A stretch of DNA of 64,000 bases from the NCBI RefSeq assembly GCF_963921235.1, contig NC_086097.1, positions 114,144,001 through 114,208,000 of the forward strand. Direction: 5' to 3'. A program made the translations under genes and the position numbers. The notes beneath the pieces are model-generated. The model was not told the DNA's origin and ran no database searches. It worked only from the letters and a program-made list of their open reading frames with translations. This DNA comes from Mobula hypostoma (Eukaryota). Below, in pieces: positions 11,750 to 26,129 of the stretch (positions are counted from its first letter, which is position 1; the number at the start of each line of letters is the position of its first letter).

Positions 11750-14464
11750 CTGTTGAAAGCTGAGGTGTCTTGTGAGTTAGAACAGAACAAATTCCAGAAC
11801 ACCAGGAATCATTAAAAAAAAATTCAAGTAGATTCAAGTAGTGAAGATTTTCGAAATAAAAGCATATTAACAAAAATTATAACATATACTGAAAAACATT
11901 AAATAGTTTATTGTTGGCATGGTAGCATAATGGTTAGTGTTATGCTGTTACATCATCACTGCCTCTGGGAAGGGAGTACGGCAAACGTCCTACACCATCA
12001 GGCTCAGGAACAGTTATTATGCTTCAACCATCAGGTTCCTGAAACAGTGAGGATAACTTTTCTCATATCAACACTGAACTGATGGATTCAGTTTCAAGGA
12101 TTCTACAACTTACGTTCTCAGTATTAATTAATCAATTAAATCATTGTCTTATTTCTGTTTCCACAGTTTATCTTCTTTTGCACATTGGTTGTTTGTCAGT
12201 CTTTGTTTGCGCGTAGTATTTCTTCAGTTCTGTTGTATTTCTTTGTTCTACTGTGAACGTCTGCAAGAAAATGAAATAAAATATGAAATAAAGCTCATCT
12301 TTAATGTTCATCCAGCCTCTGACTTTCCCCACAAGGACAGCAACTCCCATCCTGCTGAATGTCTCTCGGCTAAACCAGACGAGACAGATACAAAGTGCAA
12401 ACTGCGCAAATTGTTGAACTGTTGGGCGCAATGATGAACCCAGAGGCAGAGACAGTGGTGGTACAGATGAACTAGCAGTTCCAAGCGCACTATTTTCCAG
12501 CCCTGATGGTGTGGATCAGAGCCCTGATCCTGAAACAGGGCTCTGCTGGTTGTGTCTGCCCCCAAGCTTCAGTGATGGATTTCTTCAGGGATAATAACAG
12601 AACAGTGTGATCTGCTGAAATCTTCCAGCCCTCCAGCTGGTTGCTCTATCCCTGAGCATGTTCTGGGTTAATCCTAATCAAGTGCAGTGGCCGCTGCTCA
12701 CCTGAATGGAACAAAATTATCCTGGGAGAACGGTAAGTATGATTGTAGAATTTATTTTAAATGGTCTCAATGATTTCTTTTGATTTTTAGCATGGACATG
12801 TACTTACAGCTTTATCAATGCAAAGTGATTTTTAAATCAGAGTTTCACAATTTTACACTTTCAGATACGAGCATGAAAGATGCTTGCAAGGTTGCATTGA
12901 CAGCTTTAACAGCCCCATGAAAGAGGGGGTTCTCGCTGGCCCTAAAGGAGTTCTGAGAGTCCAGCCGAGTGCCTGTGCTGAGACAATCTCTCTGCCATGC
13001 TGTGGACGGCTGTGCCAGCGACTAAGCATTTGCTCATTGGTTATTTGTCAGTCTGTGTGTCTAGTTTTTCACTGATTCTATTGTTTCTTTGTTCTACTGT
13101 GAATGCCTAAAAGAAAGCGAATCTCAGGGTGGTATTTGGTGACCTATATGTACATTGATAATACATGTACTTAGAACTTTTTGAAAATCAGAAACTTTCT
13201 GAGTGACACACAATAAGCCAACACATCTTTTGTGCCTGGATTTCCTGCAGCAATCAATATCCTGTTGCACAAAACAAGCAGGAAACAGATCACAGGGAGA
13301 GGCTCCAAGGGAGGGGGCAGGGAAAGCCAAAACTTCAATCAGGGTAGAGGAGGTCAGGCTGAGAAAGGATGTAGATCCCGGATGATGAAACAGTATCGAT
13401 AGGTGACAGGGGAGTTGAGTTCCAGTCAAGGGATTCAGAAGGGGACTAACTGCAGGGATAAAGTGGCATCAAGGTCTGAATGCAATAGTTAAAAAGGACC
13501 TACCTTTTTGAGGATGCAAGGGTAGATTTCCTTGCCAGAGACTGGTTAGGAAAGTTCCCTATGAAGTTGGGCAGCAACATGCCTCATTTGCCTTATGAAG
13601 GCCGACCTTTACACGAGCGGCTTAAACTGCTCACATCTGGGCCAAGGAATGTGGCAGAACATGAGCTGAATGATCGTTGATCCCATTGTGCAGGTCCTGA
13701 TCCCCCTCATGTGAACTAAAGCCTTTAACGAAACCGGCATCCTGCAAAAATCCTGCTTTTATTGTTTGCATGATCTGTGTTTTTTTTCTCTTTCTGTGCA
13801 TTGGGTGTTTGTTAGTCTTCTTTTAATGGGTTCTTTCAAGTTCTTGTTTTGTGGCTGCCTGTAAGGAGATGAATCTCAAGGTTGTATATTTTATATATAC
13901 TTTGATAATAAATGTACTTTGAACTTCAAAAATCATCGTTAAGCTCCAATCAGCTTTCATGATCAGCTTTCAGTTACATTTCTTTGCATTAGGTACCAAA
14001 CAATAGCACTATATCATGGAATTTCCAAACCAGGGTTACTTTTTTTCATGAGACCAAAGCAATTTAGAGGCTCTATTTTGCCTGGCTGGGAGGACTCCTG
14101 GTGTAAACTTCGTTGGTTCCTTGTGGTGTGGGAGCAGCTGGGAGACTGTTCAGGAGCTCCCTCTAGTGTTGGCTTGCTATTGGTGACATGGTAATAATCT
14201 TTACTATTACTCTGTTTGGGAACAAGCTCTTTAAATAGCAATAATAAAATTCATGCCAAATACAAATTACAAATTATTAACAATTAGATTCACAAATTTA
14301 TCAGAGCTCTTAAGAACATTTTTCAGCATTGTAGATTAATATTCTGTATTGGCAGAGACACTGCAGCTTTGGAGATATCTGTTTGGAATTTCTATGAAGT
14401 TTCATCACACTTATATTATTTGTCCAGTATTTACATTGATCTTCCTGAGTTCAGTTTTACATTG

Positions 14465-14945
14465 AACATAGAACATTACAGCACAGTACAGATTCTTCAG
14501 CCCATGATGTTGTGTCGACCTTTTAACCTATTCTAAGATCAGTCTAATCCTCCCCTGTTTCATAGCCCTCCATTTTTCTATCATCCATGTGCCTATCTAA
14601 GAGTTCGTTAAATGCCCCTAATGTATCTGCCTGTACCCCACCACCCCGGCAGGATGTTCCATGTATCCATTACTTTCTGTGTAAAGAACTTACAGTACCT
14701 CCATTATCTCCCTTATACTTTCCTCCAATCACTTACAATGATTCCCCCTTGTATTAGCCATTTCCACCCTGGGAAGTAGTCTCTGGCTGCCACTCAATCT
14801 ATGCCTCTTATCATATTGTACATCTCCATCAAGTCACCTCCTATCCACCTTCGCTCCAAAGAGAAAATCCCCAGTTCGTCTAATTTATCTTCACAAGACA
14901 TGATTTCTGGTCCAGGCAGCACCCTGGTAAATCGACTCCATTTCT
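14465..14945 (-). mobile_element. CR1 3' fragment
   Basis: ORF 14794..14991 LGIFSLERRWIGGDLMEMYNMIRGID; GAACATA-type tail. Confidence 0.88.
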
Positions 14946-14949
14946 CGCT

Positions 14950-15545
14950 AATCTTGGCAACTAATACGTCAAGGAAGATTGAAGTCAACAAGGATTCGTG
15001 TTTGTTTCCATTGGCCCATAAGTGACCAGTCTCTCTCTCTCGCTGCTCCTGGAAGAAGGTGCCTGCATTTGATCAATTTCTCTCTCCCTCTCGCTCATTG
15101 CTCTTGGAGGATGGTGCCGGCATCTTGTGTCTTGGACAAGGTTTAATCAATGGGGTTTGTGGCTTGGACTCTGCAGTTCATGCTGTGATATGTTTCTGGT
15201 TTCTGATTGCTCCCTTTTTTGTTGCTATTTTGTGTGATTTTGATCGGGGCAGACTGGCTTTGCAGCCTGCAGTCAACGAGCAACACCACGTTAGATTGAA
15301 CTGAACTGAACTGAGCTGGAACTGAACATTCCTGGATTGTTTTGTGACTTTGTGGTTTGATGGTTTGTATTCTGCGTTTTTCACTCTTTTTTGCCATTTG
15401 CACAATTTGATCTATTTTTGCGTGTTGAGGGTTTGATGCTTTTCTTTGAACAGGTTCCATGGTTTTCTTTGTTTCATGGCTGTCTGTAGGAAGATGAATC
15501 TCGGGGTTAGATACATACTTTGATCACAGATGTACTTTGAATCTA
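14950..15545 (+). mobile_element. Non-coding retroposon with Rex1-like tail and internal (CTGAA)n
   Basis: Related to the split copy 3894-8555; tail ATGAATCTCGGGGTT...TGTACTTTGAATCT. Confidence 0.55.
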
Positions 15546-17369
15546 AATCTCCTCTGTATCCTTTCTAGAGCCTTTTGTTGCATCTATCTGTGTGAATTGT
15601 TCTACTACCAGTACATCCAGTCTAAAACTGTTCTCCTTGTTTCTGTAATTAGGGAAAGCCCCTACTGCAGACTCAGATTTATTTGTCACATGTACATTGA
15701 AACATATAGTGAAATGCATCATTAGCATTAACAACCAATACACCCAAGAATATGCTGGGGCATCCCACATGTGTCGCCACACATTCAGGCACCAACGTAG
15801 CATGCCCACAGTGTTTAGCAGACACACACACAAGAACAAGGACAAACCAAACAACAATAGCAAAACAAGTTCCTTTGCCATTCCTCCTACCCACCCACCC
15901 ACTCAAACACACAAACAGGCCTGTGGGTTTGCTGTCCTTGGCTTCGGATTCTCAGACTTATAGGCATCAAGCCTTAACCGTCTGACTTCACCCTAGAGTT
16001 TGCTGATGACAGGATTAACCTTCGGATACACATAGATTTTTGACCCCAATGACCTGGGTCCTCATGACATTTGGTCTTCTATTGTTGTAACTGTGAACAA
16101 AATCACCAGAGAGAAGCAGCTAGTGGATAGAAAAGTCTTAAAAGTCTTTAGTTTGGACACACACACACAAGCTGGCAGCCTTTGGAGTCGAGAGAGAGAG
16201 AGAGATGACAGCACATTTTTATATGTTAAAGAACAAAGTTAACAGGACCATTGCTGTAGTTACAATGTCCTCATAATGTTTTTTTTAAGTTACATGCCTT
16301 TTTTTCCACCATCTCATACAAAATGAATGTTAATTACCGTGGTCTTGTATTCATGCAATGGGGTATTAATTGCATTAATCTCTATGCAGATATCTCAAGT
16401 CAATTGAATATCTCCTGTTCTGAGCTGCATTTTGAATTCAATCTACAATCCATATTTAGGTCTGAAGGCTGGTTGCTGTCAAAGTAGAATTAATATTTCC
16501 TATATTGCATCTCCAAAATATGCCCCAACAGTAGTTAAGGTTTCTACTGCCGGATTCGCCATTCTCTGGCCTTTGACCTTTGATCTCTGGCCTTCACAGG
16601 GTTTGATCGTTGAGTCTCAACTCTGACCCTGATAACCTTGGGGGGGGGGGGGAAGATGTGATCAGTGTTCCTCGTGCCTTATGCCCATATCTGTGACTCG
16701 CCGCACATACAGATCTCCAAACTGGGACCGGTCTCCGACCTGGGAAATGCTGGTGTCCTCAGCACGTGCCAACAAGACTTCTGGGATTGCTGATGGTTTG
16801 ACCACGGAGTACTTTGACCTGGACTCAAAGTCCTGACAAATTCTTCATTTTCTATCCCTGACATCTAACACCCCAGATTAACTAGCAATACAACCGACCG
16901 ATGAAATATTATAAAGAAATTGAAAAACAAATCAGCTCTTCACAACCAGCTTCAATAGGGTAGATTCTAAACAATATGTGGATGTTGGCTTAAGATTAGG
17001 TAGGGGTTTTTAAACGATGGAAATTGAAAGCACAACAGCAACAGCTCAAATTCATTGAGTTCGCAAATTTGCAACAGGTTTGTATCTGCATAGGTAAATT
17101 GCTCAATAGAATTGGGCTGCTGATTTACGTATATTAACAATTCAGTTATTAACATGGCTTGTTAATTATAGTTCTTGCTCCACCCATATCCCTGCAATGA
17201 TTGAGGAGTTGAAACCATGATGGGGAAATATGCTCATAAGTGTCAGTAATGGCGGCACATGGATACTGCAGGGATAAGGATTAGTACACAATACCCATGC
17301 TGAGAGCCCATTTTGCCCATTTTGATGGCATTACCTCCACTATAGAAATTTGGTAGTCATTGTCAGTTC

Positions 17370-17660
17370 ATAAATCTGATGGTGGAGGGGAAGAAGCTGT
17401 TCCTAAAATATTGGTCTAAAACAGGAGTCTTCAGGCTCCAGTACCTCCTCTCTGATGGTTGTCATAAGAAGATGTCATGGCCTGGGTGGTAGAAGTCCTT
17501 AATTATAGATGCCAACTTTTTGAGGATCACCTTTTAAAGATGTCCTTGATGGTGGGGTGGGGTGATGGAGCTGGCTGAATTTACAACCCTCTGCAACTTT
17601 ATTTCAATCCTGTGCAGTGGCCCCTGCATACCAGGCAGTGAAGCAACCAGTTAGATTACT
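17370..17660 (-). mobile_element. Rex1-like LINE 3' fragment (another at about 20750-21150)
   Basis: Reverse complement matches 48560-48830 (AACAGCTTCTTCCCCTCCACCATCAGATT). Confidence 0.7.
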
Positions 17661-19284
17661 CAGGTGGCATGGATGCTACTTGTACTGAACTACACTGGAC
17701 ATCAGATAAAGATCAGAAGAAGGAACAACCTGAGCTCACGGACCTGTAACCCCACAGGGCATGGAGAGGAGCAGCAGAGAAACTTACCTGCAGCAGCGTC
17801 ACACTCATATGCTGTAGCATCAGAAACACGACATTCACAAAGAAGCATAGATTAAATTAAAATTATTCACAGTTTTAGGGCTAAGGACATCATCATTGAT
17901 TTTCTGGGCTAGAATGCTTGACCCCTACCAACCACAGTGCACACGCACACCAATTGTAGCCAACACCCCCACCCCAACCGCATCCCCCCCATCTCAAAGC
18001 AATCCCCTATCAACCCCGGGCAATATCCCCATTAACAGTAAGTATCCCCACCAAACACATCCACTACATTCCCACATATTCACAATTCTAAACAAGCCCC
18101 TTACCCCAAAGCTCCTGCCCATTTCACCACCCTCCCCAACCTTGCACACACAAACATATAACAGTACCTGGCACCGCCACCCACTCTTAATAAGATAGAT
18201 GATTAATTAACATAGATTCCAAGAAGGCAAGTGGAATGGGACCAGGCTAATCAAGGCATTGGCCAGGTCAAAGTGGCAGGGTCCAGCAATTTTGTAGTCA
18301 TAGTTACATGGTGATCCTCTGGCAACAATTCCAAAACATTGTAGCTCACAAATTCTGAATAATGATTAGTTGTTTGCTAAGCCCCTAGTTATGCTAGGGT
18401 CTCAGGTTTGTGGCACTGGCTGGTTTTCCACAGGCTTAGGATGTTTGACATCACTAGAATATAAATAAATGGCAATTAAGGCACCATAGATGCCCCAGGA
18501 ATGATTGTTAATTGCAAAGACCTCCACTCAATCGATGTGCACTGCAACTGACAACAAATTTACATATTCAGGAACTCTGAACGGAGTATAATCTGGGTGT
18601 TGTATCACCACCAGAAATATCATTGCACAAGACAACAGCAAACTAAAGATATATTTCAGGTGGCTGGATAGACTGAGAGATTCTTGGCAGTATGTATCAG
18701 GCATTTTTTTTTCTGTGCATTACCCATGCGCAAGGTTTTGCCCTGCAGGAGGACAAACATACAGAGCATTGAGTTTCTGCACAAAATGATTCAAAATGAT
18801 TGTGCTCGATGTTGCTCATAACAGAGAGAAACACAAACTGACATTAACATTCTAGACTTGAGTAAGACTGACTTTAAGGCAGCTGTAGAAAATTCAGGAG
18901 GAGGAGGATGAGAGCAGTTCTGGAAGTAACTACTAAGCACTGGAAAGCTGCATCATGTTCAACACAGTGTAAACCCAGTAACTACAAACCAACCATTTTA
19001 ACCTTGCTGATGGGTATAGTTGAATAAACAATAATGGGAACAGAATTAAAGCACTCCCCTGGGCAAGTGTGCATTGAAATGGAAAACCAAGCAGGGAATT
19101 GTTAAAGTGAGATCTTGCTTCGCTAACTCGATAGAGATTTTTGATGAAGTTATAGTCTAGGAAATGCACTTGGTGAGGAATATATTCACTTCCAAAGGAG
19201 ATTTGATAAGGTGCCCCTTCATTAGCCTTGTCATCGAGATTGAAAGACAACAGAATTACAGAAGCTGTAACAGGATGGTTAAAA

Positions 19285-19555
19285 TGGCACAGTAGTGTAG
19301 TGATTAGTCCAAGGCTCTACCATACAGGCAACGTGGGTTCAGTTCCCACCGCTGCTTGTAAGAAGCATGGACATTCTCCCCATGACCATGTGGGTTTCCT
19401 CCAGGTGCCCCAGTTTCTTCCCACAGTCCAAAGACCTACCTACTGGCTTGTAGGTTTATTGGTCATTGTAAATTTTGCTGTGGTTAGGCCAGGATTAAAT
19501 TGGAGGATTGCTGGTCAGCATGGCTTGAAGGGCTGGAAGGGCCTATTGACTGACT
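19285..19555 (+). mobile_element. tRNA-derived V-SINE-like element
   Basis: GGCACAGTAGTGTAGTG head, GGTTCAGTTCC B-box, core GGGTTTCCTCCAGGTGCCCCAGTTTCTTCCCACAGTCCAAAGAC; relatives at 51250-51500 and 61190-61450. Confidence 0.8.
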
Positions 19556-19719
19556 GTGGGGTTTCCTAGGAATCTATTCTAGCACCCGATGCTAATGAAG
19601 AGAGAAAAAGAGTCAATATTACAGATGAATGACCTACACCTATTGGAATTGGCCAGTTCTATTACAAACAGTGAGGGAAACCTGAAGTTTTTGAAATCGG
19701 TGCTAAATCCTGCGTCGAT

Positions 19720-19910
19720 TATTATTATTATTCCTCTCCACGCCTTGTGGCGCATCAGGCATCAACCTTGTCGTTGCTAAGCATTTTGTCTGTTTTTTTT
19801 TTACGAGGCCAAATTGCTAGTTCGATGCTCAATCCAGCATGGCCAGATTCGAACCCGGGACCCCTTGCCTTGAAGTCCAGTGCTGATGCCACTACACCAC
19901 TGGTTGGCTA
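19720..19910 (-). mobile_element. tRNA-derived SINE with (AAT)n tail
   Basis: Reverse complement reads GGTGTAGTGG (A box)...GGTTCGAATC (B box)...GGCGTGGAGAGGAATAATAATAAT. Confidence 0.75.
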
Positions 19911-20122
19911 AGTCCTCTCTTGAATATGACAAAACAAATGATGAGGTGCCATAACTAGACTTCCACTGGACTTGGTTATAATGGAGTCGTCGGCAAAGAC
20001 CTCATTTTTATCTCTCTAACGTTCTTTAACTTCCCTCGTTATCATCCAGATCGTTTAATTAACTGCTTGGCACCACAACAACCCTAGTCTCACACTATCA
20101 GGAATATTCCCTTTGTTCCATC

Positions 20123-20478
20123 CTAGGAGTGGCAAATCTTTGTGAAAGCATATGCCCAAATTGGAGATAATCTTCTGAAAGCTTCTCTCATGTGCCATTG
20201 AGAGTTAGAGCTGAGATTATTAATGAATTACTAACAATAATTATGGACTTTTATTTAAAGGAGAAAGGACAAGCCCCATTTTACTATTCGTACATCTCAC
20301 TGCTCCTGGGTTGTTAAAAAAATCATTTGCTGATTCATTTGGCATTAATGATAATCATTATGTATCTTTTTATTTTGGGTGGGGTTTAAAGAATCGAGAG
20401 GTGGCACTGCATGCCACATGCCAGCAAAGATTTTGCATGTACTATCTTGGGCACACATGCCATAGGTTCACCAAACAT
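20123..20478. mobile_element. Possible hAT-type non-autonomous DNA transposon
   Basis: Ends TAGGAGTGGCAAATC...TGCCCAAA and GGGCACACATGCCATAGGTTCACCAA form degenerate inverted termini of hAT/Charlie style. Confidence 0.45.
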
Positions 20479-21869
20479 TTTGTGTCCAATGCCCCTTTTC
20501 CTTTCTGCAACTTAAAACCAATCTATCTTCTCACTTCCCAGACCTGACCAAAAAATTTGATCTGTTTCTTTCCGCATAAATGCTCCTCAATTTGCTTTTT
20601 CCAGCATTTTCAGTTTTTATTTCAGATTTCCAACCTTTTGATTTTTTTTACAAAGATCTAAGAATTGTAAAACTTCTTTGTATCTCTTTTCTAGTCTTTG
20701 CTTCCTCTGATTTACACATGTATTGGTTTGCATTTCTATAGTTATAACAAATCCAAGTTTATGGTCATAGACATACATAAAAATGTCATGAAAATTAGCT
20801 TTTCACAACAGCAGCACATTACAAATATAACAGACATAAACTTAAATTAACATAAAATGCACAAAACTTAAATGACAAAATAAATGTAATGACATTATTT
20901 CAAGGTGAGTAGAGAAAAAAATATATGGTCCAAGGTAGTATTAGAGCTTTTTAGGTCAGTTCAAGAGCCTGGTGCATTTTGGAAGAAGCTGTTGTTGAAT
21001 TTTGAAGTCTGGATCTTAGGACGTCTGTACCTCCTCTTGATGGCAGCATTGAGAAGAAGGCTTAGCCCAGATGATAGGGGCTCTTAATCATGGAGATTGC
21101 CTTCCTGAGATATCACCTCGTAGATTCTTCAATGGTGGAGAGAGATGACAGAAATAGCCAAGTCCAATTTTCTTTTATTTATAAAACTCTCAACTTTCAC
21201 ATTAAATTTTTTCCCTTTTGAAATTGCTGGCAGTTTCTTATCCCTTGTTTAAGCTTTCTCTAATGGCACTAGAAAACCTTTTAGCTAGAATATTGTTCTT
21301 AGGACTGCAGAGGTGGTGTAATCTATTTAGTGTATGTAGGTCTCACTTTCCACCTCATTTGTAGAAGGATCGACAGATATTGACTGGTATTTTTTAAATC
21401 ATTTAATGATATCATTGACGCTGGAACCAGGGAGGCCACATACCATCCTGGCTTCCTGTCTTTAGCCATTGAAGCACCTGTGTAACATCCTAACCATTGC
21501 TTCCCCTATTACTGTAGCTATGATTTCACAACCTCTTCATAAGTGCACAGACTAGCTGGATTTTCCTGTCACTTTGTCCAAAAATAAGTATATTCACTTA
21601 GACTTCAGTTTCTGCCCCACCTCATACCCCTCCCACACCACCCTCACTCCTTGTTCTGCCTCGTTGGCATCTATTCGCCCTCTGTTTTCAAGTTCTTAAT
21701 TACAAAAGGTTTTCATCCTGAGACATACTCTCCATGTAAACTCAGTGTCTCAAGTACACAGGCAATGGCTGGTCAATCCTGAACTCTTGTAGTTAGCAAA
21801 ATTTTCGGAATGTGTGGAAGTCAAGAATGTAAAAAGTAATAAGAACGTAAAAAAGATCTCATCATTTTT

Positions 21870-22005
21870 TTCTTCAGTCCTGAGGAAGGGTCTCGGCCCG
21901 AAATGACAACTGTACTCCTTTCCATAGATGCTGCCCGGCCTGCTGATTTCCTCCAGCACTTAGTATGTGTTGCTTGGATTTCCAGCATGTGCAGATTTTC
22001 TCTTG
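21870..22005 (+). mobile_element. Solo Penelope terminal repeat with degenerate hammerhead
   Basis: CAGTC-CTGAGGA-AGGGTCTCGGCCC-GAAA-TGAC-AACTG followed by the family 3' tail; cleavage region mutated. Confidence 0.85.
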
Positions 22006-25000
22006 TATGTAATAAGTATTCTCCATTTTCCACACAGCATAAGATGCATTCTTTCATTCTCCCCTAACTTCAAGCAATCTCCTGATCACCAACCAATCCT
22101 GTACCATCCAATATTCTTTAACTCACTCCCAGTCACCATCTCACTCTTCTCTCTTCCATCATCCATTTAGACTCTCATCCGGCAGATCCTCAGCCAAATC
22201 TCTATCAGCTATTCCAGACTTCAGTCACCATCACTCTAGGTGTCAATCTCGCTGATGGCGATGGTTGGTGTTTCCAAGTCAAAGGTTCCTTTTTAAGAAG
22301 ACAGCGTGGCAATACTTGGGGTATTGGCAAGAGGGGTCCTGATAAAGTGATAAATTTTAAAGACAGTTTGGTTTATTCAATGAAATTTCTAAACATGACT
22401 AGCAGAATTTCGAGATGAATTTTCTACTCCCTACAAGCATTATCACCATAGAGGCATCTTCCCTCATCAATGTCATATTAGCAATATAGTGGAAAAGACT
22501 TTCTCTCTAAAAATGAAGAAAATTCAACATCCAGAACCTTGTGATTTTATACTGGATAATTGAGAAATTATTCCAATATTCCTTTTTTAAAATGAATTAA
22601 TTATCAGAAACTTTTGTGAGCGTGCCTGTGATTTTCCGATAAAAAGCTCTCAGTGGCTATAACTTTTACCCCACTTTACAGTCATGAAGAGTAAATGCAA
22701 AACTTGAAGCAACTTCAATCTTATTTTTATCAATGGATTAGATTTAAAACAGATAATTAGAGGTATCAACAAATTTCCACAGGCATTTTTTAAACTTTGT
22801 GCTCTAGTCAACAGTGAAAGCCATGAGACTAAAATAAGAGAACAATTAATTGATTCCAAATGGTTTCAGACAAGGAAAAACTGATGCCAAAGAATTATCT
22901 CTAACTAAAGTAAATGCAAGAACAGCTGCTAAAAGGGGGATCCCTATCAATAAATTAAGGTGATCACAGATTATAAACCCCTTTTTGTACTGATTACTAT
23001 ACACATAAACTGAGCTTTAATGTATTTCTGCACCACAGGTATAACAAACATAAATGGCTCCCTGTTGCTCAGCATGAGAAATTTAGATTGAACTTGCTAA
23101 GATCTTCCAAAAGCAAATATTCCACTCTACCCTTTTCTCCCTTTGAAGTGTTATGGTGGTTCAGATGTAGCAACCTCAATCTCCAGGTCAAAACTTCCTG
23201 GTTTCAGATTCCTATCCTGAGATTTGAATTTGGTCTGTACCTCACCACAGCACTTTAATGATCTATGTACATAGAACTCTTTGGACCTGCACTGCAACAA
23301 ACATTTTAGCTAGCACTGATATATTTAGGTATAATATGATTGCACTGAAATTTGTTTGCTTCAATTTTTCTGTTCATTCAATGAATTAATGTTAATTTTT
23401 AATATAAAATTTCCATCTGTTCTGTTTACAATTTAACCTCTTGGAATTATCAGCAAAATGAACTAGCCGCATGTTTTTTTACCCTAACATCTATTTCAGA
23501 TCTTGACATCTACAGTGCTTCAGCTTTAGGTTCCACACCACCAAATTCAGCAACAGTTCAACAATTAGGCTCCTGAGCTAGCATGTACTTCCTCAGTACT
23601 GAACTAATCACTGAACACAACCCATGGACTCATTTTCAAGGACTTTACAACTCATATTGAGTATTTTTTTTTACAATTTATTATTATTTGTTTTTGTATT
23701 TGCACAGTTTGTCTTCTTTTGCACATTAGCTGTTTGTCAGCCTTTGTGAATAGTTTTTTTATTGATTCTATAGTATTTCTTTGTTCTATTATGAACGTCT
23801 GCAAGAAAATGAGTGTCAGGGTAGTATATGGTTATATATACATACTTGGATAATAAAATTTCTTGGAACTTCAAACTCTGATTTACCAATAAGTCTTTAT
23901 GTCATTTATCAATAGTGCCCTATGGGTCACATCGTGGCCAGTGGTCTCCTTTGTATCCGTAGCCAGTTTCATTTCATGACCTTCAGCTTAATTCCTCTTT
24001 TATGAAGGACTTGATAAAATGTTAGCTGAGAGGCTACATTAACTTAAATAAGCCTGAAATCTGTGGATTTGAGACACTTGAGGAGAATATTCTCACATAT
24101 GGTAAAGACCGATGAATAACAAGAAATTTCTCTCCCATATTTATAAAATATTTTAAAGCTGAGTTTAATATTGTCTGAGATTTTTCTCTACTCCTATACA
24201 ACTTTTCTTAACTTTCTCCTGTACCTCACATATGTGCAGTCACACAAGTTGATTTACTGGGTTAACAGTCAAAGATCTTGATTCAGAACTCAACTTTGAA
24301 CCCCAGAGAAACAGAGTCAGCATTTAAGAATACTGAAGAAAGACCATCATTGACATTATTTCAATCTACAGATGCTGTCTGACCAGCTGATTTTCTTTTC
24401 CAGCACTTTCTGTTTTTATGTCTGATTTCCAGCATCTGCCTTTTGTTCAGGATTTCAAACACTGACTCATTTCTTGTTGGAATGAAGCCTGAAGTTCTGC
24501 TATTCATGTGTCATTGGTCTCTCCATTTGCCCATCATAACATTAAGATTTTTCAACTTTGCTTTGAAGTAAAATCTACCAATATTTCCCCTGTATTTTTA
24601 TCACTACCTTTGAAATTTTTATCGTTTTCTCACCTAACGTTTCTCAGTGTTTGGAGCTCAACACAATTCCAGTTTAGATGAATACTCCTATACAATGTTT
24701 TTCCAAATGAGGACAGTGTTGAACTTGGAGCAAAATCATGTGTCTGCTGCCTTTATCCTTGATTGTGAGCTAGGCTTCAAATTTTAGAAATGTTTCTGGA
24801 GTAGGCTAGGCAATTAAGACTTCATCTGAATGACTTCACCTCTAACTATGTAGCACTGGAGTATCATCCTAGATGTCCTAATACTGGAGCATGGTAGCAA
24901 CTTCCAGTGGGGCCTGGTAAATAAGTCTCAAGTGCAATCATGTTTGGCCTCTGCCCTCAGAATACTCTTTCAGCTTTAGACAGATAGCCAAGTTAGCAGT

Positions 25001-25167
25001 GCAACATTATCCTCAGTCAAAGACTTTAAGGATTCAAAGAGTTTTCAAATGTATGTAGTAATCAAAACTATTCAATTAGTTATTAAATAATAATAGTTAA
25101 CATTAGATATAATAGATATGAGATTATTTCATATATTTATCAAAATAACAATTACTAAATTCTAATC

Positions 25168-25640
25168 TCACTCAAGTAGTGGAAAAAGTCTGCTTGCATT
25201 TAACCTTTCTATACCCCTCATAATTTTCAATACCTCTAGCAAATCTCCCCTCATTCTCCTATGCTCCAAGGAATAAGGTCCTAATCTATTCAACCTTTCC
25301 TTATAACTCAGGTCCACAAATCCTGGCAACATCCTTGTAAATTTTCTCCGTACTCCTTCAATCTTATTGATGTATTTCCTGTGGGCAGGTGACCAGAACT
25401 GCAAACAATACTTCAATTTAGGGCTTACCAACATCATATACAACTTCAACATAACATTCCAACTCCTGTACTTTGATTTATGAAGGCCAATTTGCTTATC
25501 TACCTGATTAAGAAGCCACTTTCAAGGGATTATGGATCTGTATTCCCAGATCCCTCTGTTCTACTGCACCCCTCAGTGCCCTACCGCTCACTGTGTAAGT
25601 CTTACCCTGGCTTGTCCTTCCAAAGTGCAACACTTCACAT
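25168..25640 (-). mobile_element. CR1 RT C-terminal fragment
   Basis: ORF 25168..25452 LYMMLVSPKLKYCLQFWSP...RRMRGDL. Confidence 0.9.
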
Positions 25641-26129
25641 TAAATTTGCCTTTAAAGAAAAAAACTGGTTTCATTGGATTCTGTTGAGGAATAATTATTA
25701 CAATTTACAATGTGCTGCTGACATTATTATTTCCCAGTGTCAACTTGTTTTATTTTAATAGAATTTAAACTTTTCTCCAGTTTTAGTTGATTCCAAGTGA
25801 CCTGTAAAATTAAAAACATCTGAATTAGTTAAAGCCTTAGTACTGCAGAAATCCAGAAGGAAATTAAACTGCCTGTTCTATTCACAGTAGCTCTTCTTCT
25901 ATTCCAACAGTATTTATATAAATTTGAGTGCAGTTGTTTTTTTTCCTTTTACAAAATATATCTGAAGCACAAAGTGTACACAGTTCTTGTAGCCACATGT
26001 ATCACTTTATTTGCTCACATGTTCAGAAGCTCCACAGTATAAGAATAAGCTTAAAAAGCAAGTAGGATTCATGTGCATTTCACTCAAACAATGTCAATAA
26101 AATTATTTCTCCCTGAAAAAGAGCTCTAA

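Noticed and set aside
16083..16530. Solo LTR (TGTTG...CAACA)
   Set aside because: Termini fit but flanks CTAT and GTAG do not form a TSD; left uncalled.
17900..18190. C/A-skewed stretch with a Pro/Thr-rich ORF
   Set aside because: Compositional artefact; no splice or homology support.
19845..19910. tRNA gene
   Set aside because: A and B boxes are present but run into a SINE body and (AAT)n tail; no convincing complete cloverleaf.
21875..21912. Functional hammerhead
   Set aside because: CGTC-GACTG is mutated to TGAC-AACTG, which loses the cleavage triplet context and weakens helix I.
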